IMG/VR virus record: IMGVR_UViG_3300036790_000286
Span: 3,319-67,318 of that record
Length of the DNA stretch: 64,000 nt
Origin: a virus
Direction: 5' to 3' (one strand)
The translations under genes and the position numbers were made by a program. The notes below the pieces were generated by a model, which had not been told where the DNA came from, made no database searches, and saw only the letters and a list, made by a program, of their open reading frames with translations. Each line of letters starts with the position of its first letter. The stretch's first letter is position 1. This document shows, piece by piece, positions 36,301-45,660 of this stretch.

Positions 36301-39300
36301 CCCGGCGGCCACCATGGAAGCCGGCGCGGAGGCTCACCCGGCGCTTGCCCAGCTTCCCCGGGAACAGCAGCGCGCCGCCGCCGAACGGGACGTGGAGGCG
36401 CAGAAGGATCAGATGGCCGCGCAGCTCCGCCACCTCGGGCAGGCGGGCGCAGCTGAGTACGCAAGGGCAAACCCTGATCTGAAGTCGCTGGTCGACGACA
36501 TCCTTTCCAGGCCGGAAGCATCCAAGGAGGTCAGCCATGTTGGATCAGCAGACAATCGCGGAGTTTCAGGAGCGGGCACGGAAGCTGGATCCCGCATCGC
36601 AGAAGCAGTTGGAGCGCATCCTGAAGGAGGGGGAGACAAACGGGAACCTGCACCCGGTGAGTCACCACTTCAGCCCCGAAGCGCTGAACCGGCAAAATAC
36701 AAATACGGCAACACCCAGGCCGCCATCCCAAAGGGCAGCGACGCCGACCGCGCCCTCGCAGTAGCCCGCGCGCGCATCGACCCCAAAGACCTCATTTCCA
36801 CCGAGTACGGCGGCAATAGCGAAGGCCTCGAGACCGAACCCCACATCACCCTCCGCTACGGCCTGAAGGACGAGGAGACCGCTGGCATCCGCGCGTTCCT
36901 CGAAAAGCAGGCCCCTTTCGAAGCCACCCTCGGAAAGACGACATCCTTCCCGCCCAGCAAGTCCAGCGACGGCGGAGCACCGATCATCGCTCCCGTCGAA
37001 GCCGCCGACCTCCGCCGAATCGAAGCGGAACTGGATAAGCACGGCAATTTCATCGATCGCACATTCCCCGAATACAAGCCCCACGCGACCCTCGGCTATG
37101 TGAAGCCGGAGACGGCCAGCAAGTATGTCGGGATGACCGAGACAGAAGGTAAGACCTTTCCGGTTAAGGCGATCGAGATATCAATGCGCGATGGAAGTAA
37201 AGAGGTGGTGCCGCTTAAAGGCGGATCATCCGCGCTCAATAAGACATACGAGGCTGAGGTCGCCAAGTTCGCCGGCGATCCAAAGGCGCGCATGGAGCGC
37301 GTCGAAGCCGAGAATCGCCGACACGCGGAACAGCTGCTTGCCGAGAAGTTCCCAGGTCAGCGCATCGGAAGCGCCGGCCGTGTCGAGCCCACAAGCTCCG
37401 GTGCCACCGCACCAGAGAAAACGATGGATAGGAAAGGAGGTCGCGGAGAATCTCCAGAGCAGACACCGGGCGCTGCCATTGCCAAGGGCGCCCGGGTGTC
37501 CTTCACCGATAGGACGGGGAAAGAGCGAACCGGGGTTGTCGCCCACACCGACGGCCGCATCGCACGGATCAAGGATGACACCGACCGAAAGAGCTATTCG
37601 GTGGCCGCCGCGAAAGTGAAATCCCTTGCTGCTGCCGGCGAACAGGCGCAGAATGAAGAAACCAATGCCAGCGGAATCGGAAAACCCGCAGGTCTCGCTG
37701 AAGCCGGAGGAGGACGCCCGGCTCCCGTCGCTGAAAGCTCGGATCGAGAGCGACTGGGAGAAGCATCGACCGGCGTACTTCCGGGAGTTGAAGGCGAAGG
37801 AAACGCTCCAGACGGAAATCAACCGGACCGCTCTGATGTGCGTGGAGACCTTGCACCAGTTTCAGAACAAGGGGCTGAACCCGGACCAGGCGCGGGAAGC
37901 GATACAGGAATTGATCGTGCCCCAGCCGGGCCGGTAATCAGGAAGGCCACTGCCGCCCTCGCAAAACCCAAAGCTCTCAACCGGGAATGGTTTTCCCATG
38001 CCGATGCGTGGAAGCCTCCCACGGGCACGGTCGGGCGCCTCGAAGCGAACCTCAACGCCATCCGCATCCTGCGCGACGTGGAGAAGTCCCCGCGCAAGCT
38101 CACCGACGCAGAGAAGGAAGCGCTCTCCAACTATGTCGGATGGGGCGCGCTCCAGCACGCCTTTATGCCCTACGGCGCGCCCCATGATGAGATTGGCCGC
38201 TGGCGCGCAGCGAACGCAGAGCTTCAGAAGTTGCTTACCCCCGATGAGCTAGCCCGCGCGCAGGAGTCGACGAAGAACGCCCACTACACCTCTCCTGAGC
38301 TGGTTCGGTTCATGTGGGACACGATGGCGCGGTTCGGATTCAAAGCCGGCAACGTCCTCGAGCCCGCCGCCGGTACCGGGAACTTTCTGGGGATGATGCC
38401 GAAGGGGCTGCGCGCGAAGGTCAACGCGATCGCGAACGAAATGGATGCGGTGAGCTTCGGTATCACCAAGCTCCTGTACCCTGGCGCCACCCTCTTTAAT
38501 AAAGACTTTGCCGACCTTATCCTCCCGGACAACGACGTCGACGTAGCGATCGGCAACCCTCCGTTCGGCGGGTATAAGTTGTATGACCCCACTTACAAAA
38601 AGCTGAATGCGCTGGTCCACGACTTCTTCTTTGTGAAGTCCCTCGACAAAGTGCGGCCGGGGGGCGTGCTCGCGTTCATCACGTCGACGGGAACTCTGGA
38701 CAAGATGGATCCCGATATCCGCAACATCCTCGCATCGAAAGCGGATTTCCTCGGAGCCATCCGGCTACCCTCCGGCGCCTTCAAGGCGAATGCCGGCACG
38801 GATGTCACGACCGACCTAATTTTTCTCCAGAAGCGGGCACCGGGCCAGACCGCGAAGCACGCCGCTGAGTGGACCAACTCTGTACCGCAGAGCCTTCCGA
38901 CGAAGGAGGGCAACGCCGAGAACCTCAACGTCAACGAGTATTTCCAGAAGCACCCGGAGATGATGCTGGGCAAGCCCACAGCCTCGACCAAGATGTACGG
39001 CGGCATGGGATTCCTGCTCGAACCCCACGAAGGAAGGAGCATCCCCGATCTACTGAAGGAGGCACAGGGGAAGCTCCCGCGCGGGATCATCGCAGAGGCG
39101 GGCCAGCAGGCCACCGGTAACAACCTCGCATCGACTGCGGCGGAGTTTGCGCCCGATGCGCTCCACGAAGGACAGTACACCGTCGACGCCAAGGGCACAC
39201 TGAAGCAGCGGGTCAACGGCAAACTCGTCAACCCCGAAGCGGTGCTCGACAAAGCTGGCAAACCGGTCTTCAGCAAGATCCAGCGGTTCAAGGCGCTGGT

Positions 39301-42300
39301 CGACGTGCGGGATTCCATGAACCGGCTTTTGTCGACCATGGTGACGGCGCCCGACGATGAGATTGGCAATTCGCTGGTGGCAGGCCTGAGGGAAAGCCTT
39401 CAGAAGGACTACGACGCCTTTGTTCGAAAGTACGGCTACCTCAACAGCTCCGCCAACGGGGCATTCCGGGACGATCCGCATTATCCGCGGCTTCTGGCGC
39501 TGGAGACGTGGGACAAGGCCGCCCGCCAGGGAACGCCGGCCGATATCTTCCGCCGCCGCACCATCTTCCCCCGTGAAGAGCTTAGAGCGCTTCCCGAAGA
39601 TCCCGCAGCGGCCCTTCAGCTGGTGCTTGCCGAGCGAGGTTTCCCCGACGTCCAGATGATGGGCCGGCTCCGCAATGAACCGGTTGCCAACGTGGTCAAG
39701 AAGCTGGCCGATCGCGGGCTAATCTATCGGAACCCGGCGAGCGGCAATTACGAGACGCGCGAAACCTACCTCTCGGGGTACGTGCGCGACAAACTGAAAG
39801 ATGCGAAGCGCGCGGTCACGCAGGGGATGAAGGATTACGCGCCCAACGTTGAAGCGCTCGAAAAAGTTATCCCGGCCGATATCGAGATTGGAGAAGACCC
39901 AAAGACCTCCATAGCCGTCCGCCTTGGATCGACGTGGATCCCGACCGATGCGATCGAGGAGTTTATCCGCGACACATTCAAGTCGCCCGGCACGGTCAAA
40001 TACAACATCGGCAACTGGCAGGTCAGGAACATCCGGGACACCGCCGAGGCGCGAGGCCTTTACAGCACGCCCCGGGCCGGATCCAGCGATCTTCTCGAAG
40101 ACACGCTGAACCTGCGCCAGACCACCATCTACGACTACCATTCCGATGGTTCGCGGACCCTCAACAGCGACGCCACCACCGCCGCGCAGGCCGCTCAACA
40201 GAAGATTCGCGAGGCGTTCCAGCGGTGGGCTGTCGCTTCCCCGTGGAAGCCGGAGCTTCAGCGCCTCTATAACGATGCCTACAACAATCTGGCGCAGGTG
40301 GAATACGACGGTTCGCACCTCACCTTCCCGGGGATGAACTCCTCCATCCGCCTCACTGCGCACCAGGTGAATGCCGTTTGGCGGATCCTCCAGGACGGGC
40401 GGGCGCTCCTGGCGCACGTCGTTGGCGCCGGTAAGACCTTCGAGATGGTGGCCGCCGCAATGGAGGGGCGGCGCGTCGGCACGTTCAAAAAGCCGATGAT
40501 CACCGTACCCAACCACATCGTGGAGCAGTTCCGCCAGGAATTCCTGCACCTCTACCCCGGGGCGAATCTGCTGGTGCCGTCCGAGACCGACTTCGATGCA
40601 AAGAACCGCCAGCGGATCATGTCACGCATCGCGACCGGAAACTTCGATGCGGTGATCCTTCCTCACTCACAGTTCAACCTGATGGATATCTCTCCCGAGC
40701 GCCAGCGGGTCACCATCCAGAAGCAGAAGGCGGAGCTGCGCGAGACAATCCAGGCGGTTGCGGAGCAGGAGGGAAAAAAGAGCCGCACGGTTAAGCAGCT
40801 GGAAAAGGCGATGGCCGCGCTGGACGCGACGCTCAAGAAACTCGCTGACCTAAAAGCCGACAAGGCCATCAACTTCGACGACACGGGCATCGACCAGCTA
40901 TTCGTGGACGAAGCCCACATGTACAAGAACCTGAGTTTCTACACGAAGATGACGCGCATTGCCGGGCTGCAACAGGCGAAGGCGAAGAGTGCGCTCCGCC
41001 TGAAGATGAAGACGGAATACCTGCAGGACCGCAATGGCGGCCGCGGGGTGGTCTTCGCTACCGGCACCCCGGTCCAGAACACCATGGCAGAGCTCTACAC
41101 CATGTTTAAGTACGTCGCGCCCGATGTCCTTGAAAAGGCCGGTATCCGCTTCTTCGACGATTGGGCCGCTAACTTCGGCAGCGTAATTACGGCGATGGAG
41201 TTAGCCGCCGACGGTCGCAGTTACAAGGCGCGTTCGAAGTTCGCACAGTTCCAGAACGTGCCGGAGCTGATGAATATGTTCCGCTCCTTCGCGGACATCA
41301 AGACCGCCGAGGACCTGAACCTTCCCACGCCGGAGCTTGAGACCGGCAAACCGATCGTGGTTCCGGTGCCGGCGTCGCCGCGTCTCGAGGCTTTCGTCTC
41401 CCACCTGATGGAGCGGGCCGAGAGGGTAAAGAGTGGGAGCGTGGACCCGCGCGTTGACAACATGTTGAAGATCACGACGGACGGGCGCAAAGCCGCAACC
41501 GACATGCGGCTGATCGACCCCACCCTCCCCGACGATACGGACTCGAAGATCAATAAAGCCGTCGATACGATGTTCGAGGTATGGAAGGACGGCAAGGAGG
41601 AACTCTCCGCCGGCCCCACTACGCAGATGGGGTTTCTGGATCTCTACCGCTCGATCGAGGGCGGGAAAACCGAGGACGGGACGAAGATCCCGGAGAAGGA
41701 GCTGATCAACCTCTACCGCGACATCAAGAAAAAGCTGATGGAGCGTGGCGTCCCGGCAGAGCAGATTGCCATCATCGGGGAGCACGATACCAGGGTGAAG
41801 CGGCAGGCGCTTTTCTCCGCCATGAATGCGGGCAAAGTCCGCATCCTTCTGGGATCCACCTTCAAGATGGGCGCCGGCACGAATGCCCAGCGGTTGCTGA
41901 AAGCTCTCCACCACATCGACCTGACGTGGCGACCCGGTGACCTCGAGCAGCGGAACGGCCGGGCGGTGCGCCAGGGGAATCTGAACCCCTCTGTGCGGCT
42001 TTACAACTACCTGACCGAGCGCAGCTTCGACGCTTACATGGCGCAGACCCTTCAGGGCAAAGCCGAATTTATCTCTCAGGTGATGAGCGGCCGGAACAAG
42101 CAGCGGGTGATGGCCGATGCGGCGAGCGAAATGGTGTTGTCGCTGGAGGAGATGAAGATTGCGGCCTCGGGCAATCCCGACGTGAAGATCCAGTACGACC
42201 TCCAGATGCAGGCGGCACAGTTGCGGGCGCTGGAGCGCAACTTCTTCAGCCAGCGCCGGATGAACCAGCAGGAGGCGAGTATGGCCTCCATGCGCGCCGA

Positions 42301-45300
42301 CAGGTTCGAGGCAGATGTAACCGCGCTGTCAACTGCAACTGAGAAGATCAAAGCCGCCGAGGCGACAGGCGCCGAAGACGGAAAGGGTATCAAGGTTGAG
42401 GTCGACGGGAAGACCTTCACCGATCGCAAGGCGCTTTTCGATCACCTCGAAGCCATGGACATTCCGCCGGTCAACTTCCACATGACGTGGAACGGCATCG
42501 GAGTCGCCGTCGAAGTGAAACCGGCAAACAAGGAATCGCAGGCCCAGGGAATCTCCGGGCTCAACTACCAGCCGGATTACATTACAGGGCGAAATTTTGC
42601 CGCCCCGAGCCGGGACATGACATCGCTGGCCCGATCGCTCGAATCCCGTCTCCGGCAAATCCCCACCGACCTTGAAGAGGCGAAGGTGGAGTTGCCCCGG
42701 CTCCGCGCGAAGGCCCAGCGGCTGGACGAAATTGCACAGTCGAAGGACTTCCCGGAGAAAGCGCAGATGGAGAAGGTAGAGAAGGAGTTGGCCGAGGTGG
42801 AACGCCGGCTCGGGATTCGCTCCGACGTTGAGAACGCGATGGCGCAGGCGGTCACCGCCGAGGTTAGCGACGACCCCGAGGAAGACCTGCTCTCAGACAA
42901 TGATGGCGAGGAGGACCCGGAGGCGGAGGAGCAGCAGGAGGATGCGGACAAAGCCGACGAAGGAATCGCGGAACGGGACGAGACCCCACGGCCCGGCGTG
43001 GTGTTGCGTTCTTCCCTGCTCGGTCTGGACGTGCTGGCGGAGTTTGCGGCGAAGCAGGGGAAAGTTCTGTGGGACGCAGATATCGCCCCCAACCTCTCCA
43101 CCTTCGGCGAGGGGGCCAGGAGCGCCGGCAAAGCAATCGTCAACGTGCTCTATCCGCGGCTGGGAGCCAACGATGACGCGCAGGACATTCTGGCGCGGGC
43201 GCGAGGCAAACTCGAATCGCACCTGTTCCACCTCGAGACGCTGGATGGCGGCCTTGAGAAATTCTTCGAAGCCATGCCGCGCGATGGGCAACTGGCGTTT
43301 ATCGACCGCTACAAGCTCGGAGTGGGGCAACCCGACGCGCGCCTCCAGCAGATCGAGGACATCATGCGCCGCATCGACGATGCCTCCCTGCGGGAAGCCC
43401 AGCGCTATAAGCCCACGCTCCAGGCGAAGGAAGACCACTTCCGGGTCATCTGGAAGGTGGTCCCGTTCGGGGGTGGCGCTCAGGGCGGGAAGACGGCGCA
43501 GTTCGCTAAGACGAAACGCCCGTGGCAGGGAGACAAAGGATTCATGCGGCGTGCGACCCTCGATACGATCAGCGAGGGCATCAACGCTGGCGGGGTTCCT
43601 GTCACCACCAATCCATGGAAGCTCTTTACGCTGGCGCAATCCAGCATGATGAAGTTCATCTCGGCACAGCAGGCCTGGGCGGCAGCCAAGACAGTCGGGC
43701 TGCGGAAATATGTCGAGCGTGGACAGCAGGTGCCGGAGGGATGGGTCAAGATCAACGACCGCATCGCGGACGTGTATTTCCCGGAAAAGGCACTCTCCGT
43801 CGACGTCGACCAGCTGCCCACGCGAACGCTCGGACCGCAAAAGAAAGAGTGGGTAGCCAAGGAAGACCTTGAAACCCATCGCGTTATGGCGAACCCGGGA
43901 AGCTGGTACGGCGAGCCCGGCTTCGGACGGCTGCTCAACAATTACCTGAGCCCCGACCTTCTGCGGCAGTCTGCGCTCGGGAAAGGGTTGCTGTTCGCCA
44001 AGAACCTCAGCACCGCGATCGAGCTGGGAATGTCGCCGTTCCACCTTATCTTTGAAACGCTGGAGGCGATGGGTTCGCAGTTCGGCCTCGGAGTGCAGCG
44101 CGTGTGGAACAACGGCGTGCGCCTTGGAGACGGCCGGGAACTCACACGGGGTATGACGGAGATTGGCTCCGCCGTGGCAGCCCCCTTCCTGATTTCCCAC
44201 GCTGGCGGTAGCCTCAAACGCTTCGCGACAGATCCCGCGCAGTTCTTCTCTACCACGCGCGGCCAGCGCTTCCTGCGGCAATATCCGAACGCCGCGGGCG
44301 CGATGCAGGAGTTGTTCAATGGCGGGCTCACCTGGGGCATCCAGAGGGATTACCGGTTCGATCCGCAGAAGAGCATGATCGAAGCGGCGAAGGAGGGGAA
44401 TTACATCGGGGCAGTTCTCCGCGTGGCGCCGTGGATCAATACCGTCCTGATGAAGCCGCTGTTTGAGGCGTACATCCCGCGGCTGAAGTGGGGCCTGGCG
44501 CTACAGCAGTATTCTCAGCAGCTCGTCGAAAATCAGGAGGCGCTCGGCAACGGTGACATGACCCGCACCGAGATTGCGCGCAAGGTAGCGGACACGGTAG
44601 AGAACCGGTTCGGCGAGATGAACTTCAACAATATCTACTGGAACAACACATTCAAGAGCGTGCTCCAGTTGCTGTTCCGTTCGGTGACGTGGAAGCTCGG
44701 AAACTGGCGTGGCCTTGGCTCGGCAGCGGGTCCTGAGGCGTTCAGCGCCTTCCGGGATCCACTCGAAGCCATGCGCAAGAATGCGCGGTCGAGCAAGGGC
44801 ACCGGGCCGGGAGCGCGCGCCGGCGAATACATTCCCAGGATCGGCATGAACCAGGCGTGGATACTCGGGATGGTGGCCACCACGGCCGTCATCGGAAGCA
44901 TCCTCACCCGCTACTGGACCCGTAAATGGCCGTGGGAAATCGCGAGCGAAGATCGGGAGGAGGGTTATTCCCTGCCGGGCGCGCTGGCACTGGAGGTGGT
45001 ACACCCGCGCACCGGGCGCATCAACCAATTCACCGGGAAACCGGAACGGCTGTCGTTGCCCACCGGGCTCCGGGACTTTGAGCACGCCTTCCGTGACCCC
45101 GGCGGTTACATCAAAGGTTCGCTCTCCGGGACGGTGAGCCACCTATACGACACGCTGGAGAATCAGGACGCTTTCAAAAACTACGTCTACGATCCGAACG
45201 GGAGTCTCTACCGGAAGACCGCCGATATCTTCGCCTACAACATGCCGGAGCCCATCTCGTTTCAGAACTGGCATAACCAGAACGGCGCCGTCGACACCGA

Positions 45301-45640
45301 AAGTCGGGTTCTCCGCGCTGCCGGCGTCGGCAATGCCTCTTCCTCGCTGGACTATTCCCCCGCCGAGACGCGGATGCGGGCGGTGCGCTTCCACCAGCCG
45401 CAGACCCCGGAGCAGATGAAGGCCAGGGAGCAGGAGCACATGCAGCCAACTCGCACACAGATCCGCCGTGCGATCAGGGACGGCAAGCTCGATTACGCGC
45501 AGAAGCTGTTCCGCGGTTTGAGTTACGCCGAGGCTCGGGACATCTACGACAATTACGCCACGCCGGCCGAGCGGGCCGAGCTCGCAGGGATGCTCCGCGA
45601 GAAGCGCAATCGCACCCTCCAGCGCGAAGGGCGGCAATAA
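33347..45640 (+). CDS. Giant polyvalent ejection protein (4,097 aa): GGDEF-like + 2H phosphoesterase + N6-MTase + SF2 helicase (DarB-like)
   Basis: TGLPNRRAF/DADGLKALND/GDALL/KGDEF (about 35770-36180); PHITLRYG and YKPHATLGY (36842, 37082); LEPAAGTGNF and NPPF (38555); AHVVGAGKT, DEAH, TGTP, EQRNGRAVRQGN. ATG 33347 follows the previous stop. Confidence 0.9.
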   Translation: MSTQAVTLDPGDVEVQGAQSSGQQPVSLGADDVEIDNSAAEAHTAAQTRSDQAMRTLGQGMLANETAAYQPPTLPAAPNLGRPPARQPSVAQTALNDTTPPSSRFVTPQQPAPTTYQEATTQASTHNAPVLSPGEVEIIGGPRSAAQIAGQTDVQEEPLGAAIAGPAPGTRPMNPQESATYENSPPTGFGAGPQQAAHEIWEGTGDIARGAGYGDDLQIGPRDPSMMARGATETMRGAMYMGTPMFAEAAASAPVKAGLSYLAGVVGGKAAGAAAKAAGLTPDEQEFWNTAGFFIPNALTALAGVRGVSVQGPDGTAGKGFTAFGGRVGGGVATSPEAVGAGVRVGPFSASVVKPRDAGVQFSTQTPTALPDPAEVLRQQQNDASMRAALAADALDQASSNVINGKPPVPPQPKPPMPAGMDQAVLHADTVQRVAGAISMAPPQMRPQLTMEAHQNLAKWIAEKGTVMGPDGRIATAKTPEQASAIAAKWINDEVARQDTARNEAAKAQKEASAKAASNQEGKNEVTPPPTLQQRAQTVIDANEAQTPVQVAKTLLRQVGIPYSQGLEMVKQARAGKAPSIETAGEPVAPEAKAEIDGKVDDLKAGNVKAVLLPEGSSYIPTLPEGIKRVDVRQGPGAGTYLYDPQAIRAATIKAAAKAGTHEDLLAPNENPVKQNEPESLTEPPAVKQEVASSLAHDGDPLTREIEDKNNLLAFQPIHPDDVPPGAKPNEDGEFVLEVMEEPTAGKLGKIIVGQVKEGAQRGKFVLGNPVRKAKTTVGASVKPPAPERRQDTGQRQRVAEMSPEDMRRTLLTSDKTGLPNRRAFDEAEHGRSAPAVAMSDADGLKALNDKFGYAAGDALLKAKAEALQAAGLEAYHDKGDEFLYRGASANEIKGKLERAREILRNRTIEVETTDGETLRFKGADFSYGTGANLGESETALKSHKSQREASGERARGELRGITEVGPEKGEVGEGAAAGSLAARGPAATMEAGAEAHPALAQLPREQQRAAAERDVEAQKDQMAAQLRHLGQAGAAEYARANPDLKSLVDDILSRPEASKEVSHVGSADNRGVSGAGTEAGSRIAEAVGAHPEGGGDKREPAPGESPLQPRSAEPAKYKYGNTQAAIPKGSDADRALAVARARIDPKDLISTEYGGNSEGLETEPHITLRYGLKDEETAGIRAFLEKQAPFEATLGKTTSFPPSKSSDGGAPIIAPVEAADLRRIEAELDKHGNFIDRTFPEYKPHATLGYVKPETASKYVGMTETEGKTFPVKAIEISMRDGSKEVVPLKGGSSALNKTYEAEVAKFAGDPKARMERVEAENRRHAEQLLAEKFPGQRIGSAGRVEPTSSGATAPEKTMDRKGGRGESPEQTPGAAIAKGARVSFTDRTGKERTGVVAHTDGRIARIKDDTDRKSYSVAAAKVKSLAAAGEQAQNEETNASGIGKPAGLAEAGGGRPAPVAESSDRERLGEASTGVLPGVEGEGNAPDGNQPDRSDVRGDLAPVSEQGAEPGPGAGSDTGIDRAPAGPVIRKATAALAKPKALNREWFSHADAWKPPTGTVGRLEANLNAIRILRDVEKSPRKLTDAEKEALSNYVGWGALQHAFMPYGAPHDEIGRWRAANAELQKLLTPDELARAQESTKNAHYTSPELVRFMWDTMARFGFKAGNVLEPAAGTGNFLGMMPKGLRAKVNAIANEMDAVSFGITKLLYPGATLFNKDFADLILPDNDVDVAIGNPPFGGYKLYDPTYKKLNALVHDFFFVKSLDKVRPGGVLAFITSTGTLDKMDPDIRNILASKADFLGAIRLPSGAFKANAGTDVTTDLIFLQKRAPGQTAKHAAEWTNSVPQSLPTKEGNAENLNVNEYFQKHPEMMLGKPTASTKMYGGMGFLLEPHEGRSIPDLLKEAQGKLPRGIIAEAGQQATGNNLASTAAEFAPDALHEGQYTVDAKGTLKQRVNGKLVNPEAVLDKAGKPVFSKIQRFKALVDVRDSMNRLLSTMVTAPDDEIGNSLVAGLRESLQKDYDAFVRKYGYLNSSANGAFRDDPHYPRLLALETWDKAARQGTPADIFRRRTIFPREELRALPEDPAAALQLVLAERGFPDVQMMGRLRNEPVANVVKKLADRGLIYRNPASGNYETRETYLSGYVRDKLKDAKRAVTQGMKDYAPNVEALEKVIPADIEIGEDPKTSIAVRLGSTWIPTDAIEEFIRDTFKSPGTVKYNIGNWQVRNIRDTAEARGLYSTPRAGSSDLLEDTLNLRQTTIYDYHSDGSRTLNSDATTAAQAAQQKIREAFQRWAVASPWKPELQRLYNDAYNNLAQVEYDGSHLTFPGMNSSIRLTAHQVNAVWRILQDGRALLAHVVGAGKTFEMVAAAMEGRRVGTFKKPMITVPNHIVEQFRQEFLHLYPGANLLVPSETDFDAKNRQRIMSRIATGNFDAVILPHSQFNLMDISPERQRVTIQKQKAELRETIQAVAEQEGKKSRTVKQLEKAMAALDATLKKLADLKADKAINFDDTGIDQLFVDEAHMYKNLSFYTKMTRIAGLQQAKAKSALRLKMKTEYLQDRNGGRGVVFATGTPVQNTMAELYTMFKYVAPDVLEKAGIRFFDDWAANFGSVITAMELAADGRSYKARSKFAQFQNVPELMNMFRSFADIKTAEDLNLPTPELETGKPIVVPVPASPRLEAFVSHLMERAERVKSGSVDPRVDNMLKITTDGRKAATDMRLIDPTLPDDTDSKINKAVDTMFEVWKDGKEELSAGPTTQMGFLDLYRSIEGGKTEDGTKIPEKELINLYRDIKKKLMERGVPAEQIAIIGEHDTRVKRQALFSAMNAGKVRILLGSTFKMGAGTNAQRLLKALHHIDLTWRPGDLEQRNGRAVRQGNLNPSVRLYNYLTERSFDAYMAQTLQGKAEFISQVMSGRNKQRVMADAASEMVLSLEEMKIAASGNPDVKIQYDLQMQAAQLRALERNFFSQRRMNQQEASMASMRADRFEADVTALSTATEKIKAAEATGAEDGKGIKVEVDGKTFTDRKALFDHLEAMDIPPVNFHMTWNGIGVAVEVKPANKESQAQGISGLNYQPDYITGRNFAAPSRDMTSLARSLESRLRQIPTDLEEAKVELPRLRAKAQRLDEIAQSKDFPEKAQMEKVEKELAEVERRLGIRSDVENAMAQAVTAEVSDDPEEDLLSDNDGEEDPEAEEQQEDADKADEGIAERDETPRPGVVLRSSLLGLDVLAEFAAKQGKVLWDADIAPNLSTFGEGARSAGKAIVNVLYPRLGANDDAQDILARARGKLESHLFHLETLDGGLEKFFEAMPRDGQLAFIDRYKLGVGQPDARLQQIEDIMRRIDDASLREAQRYKPTLQAKEDHFRVIWKVVPFGGGAQGGKTAQFAKTKRPWQGDKGFMRRATLDTISEGINAGGVPVTTNPWKLFTLAQSSMMKFISAQQAWAAAKTVGLRKYVERGQQVPEGWVKINDRIADVYFPEKALSVDVDQLPTRTLGPQKKEWVAKEDLETHRVMANPGSWYGEPGFGRLLNNYLSPDLLRQSALGKGLLFAKNLSTAIELGMSPFHLIFETLEAMGSQFGLGVQRVWNNGVRLGDGRELTRGMTEIGSAVAAPFLISHAGGSLKRFATDPAQFFSTTRGQRFLRQYPNAAGAMQELFNGGLTWGIQRDYRFDPQKSMIEAAKEGNYIGAVLRVAPWINTVLMKPLFEAYIPRLKWGLALQQYSQQLVENQEALGNGDMTRTEIARKVADTVENRFGEMNFNNIYWNNTFKSVLQLLFRSVTWKLGNWRGLGSAAGPEAFSAFRDPLEAMRKNARSSKGTGPGARAGEYIPRIGMNQAWILGMVATTAVIGSILTRYWTRKWPWEIASEDREEGYSLPGALALEVVHPRTGRINQFTGKPERLSLPTGLRDFEHAFRDPGGYIKGSLSGTVSHLYDTLENQDAFKNYVYDPNGSLYRKTADIFAYNMPEPISFQNWHNQNGAVDTESRVLRAAGVGNASSSLDYSPAETRMRAVRFHQPQTPEQMKAREQEHMQPTRTQIRRAIRDGKLDYAQKLFRGLSYAEARDIYDNYATPAERAELAGMLREKRNRTLQREGRQ
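36129..36290 (+). CDS. Nested +1-frame microprotein (53 aa) at the end of the GGDEF-like domain
   Basis: AAGGAG 12 nt upstream; ...GSFEELLKLDPKKVKSVKVLPPGA; G/C-ending codons shift to this frame in its 3' half. Confidence 0.4.
   Translation: MAQAQTSENPKPPSSPTSPSAKPAESGPVGSFEELLKLDPKKVKSVKVLPPGA
36537..36764 (+). CDS. Nested +1-frame protein (75 aa) before the 2H domain
   Basis: Perfect AAGGAGGT SD 5 nt before ATG; amphipathic MLDQQTIAEFQERARKLDPASQKQLERILKE; codon bias favours this frame. Confidence 0.6.
   Translation: MLDQQTIAEFQERARKLDPASQKQLERILKEGETNGNLHPVSHHFSPEALNRQNTNTATPRPPSQRAATPTAPSQ
37653..37937 (+). CDS. Nested +1-frame TnpV/DUF1896-like helical protein before the MTase domain
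   Basis: WEKHRPAYFRELK...L...GLNPDQAREAIQE pattern; GC3-rich codons; ATG 37653 or 37665. Confidence 0.65.
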   Translation: MKKPMPAESENPQVSLKPEEDARLPSLKARIESDWEKHRPAYFRELKAKETLQTEINRTALMCVETLHQFQNKGLNPDQAREAIQELIVPQPGR

Positions 45641-45660
45641 AGGTAATCTGTTTCGCGCAG
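45641..45660 (+). promoter_or_regulatory. Late promoter-like motif, variant (8/8)
   Basis: AGGTAATCTGTTTCGCGCAG fills the whole 20-nt gap before ATG 45661. Confidence 0.6.

Noticed and set aside
37191-37619. A fourth nested +1 ORF and the AAAGGAGGT near 37433
   Set aside because: The product is S/P/R-rich shadow-like, and the SD-like sequence has no start codon at a usable distance.
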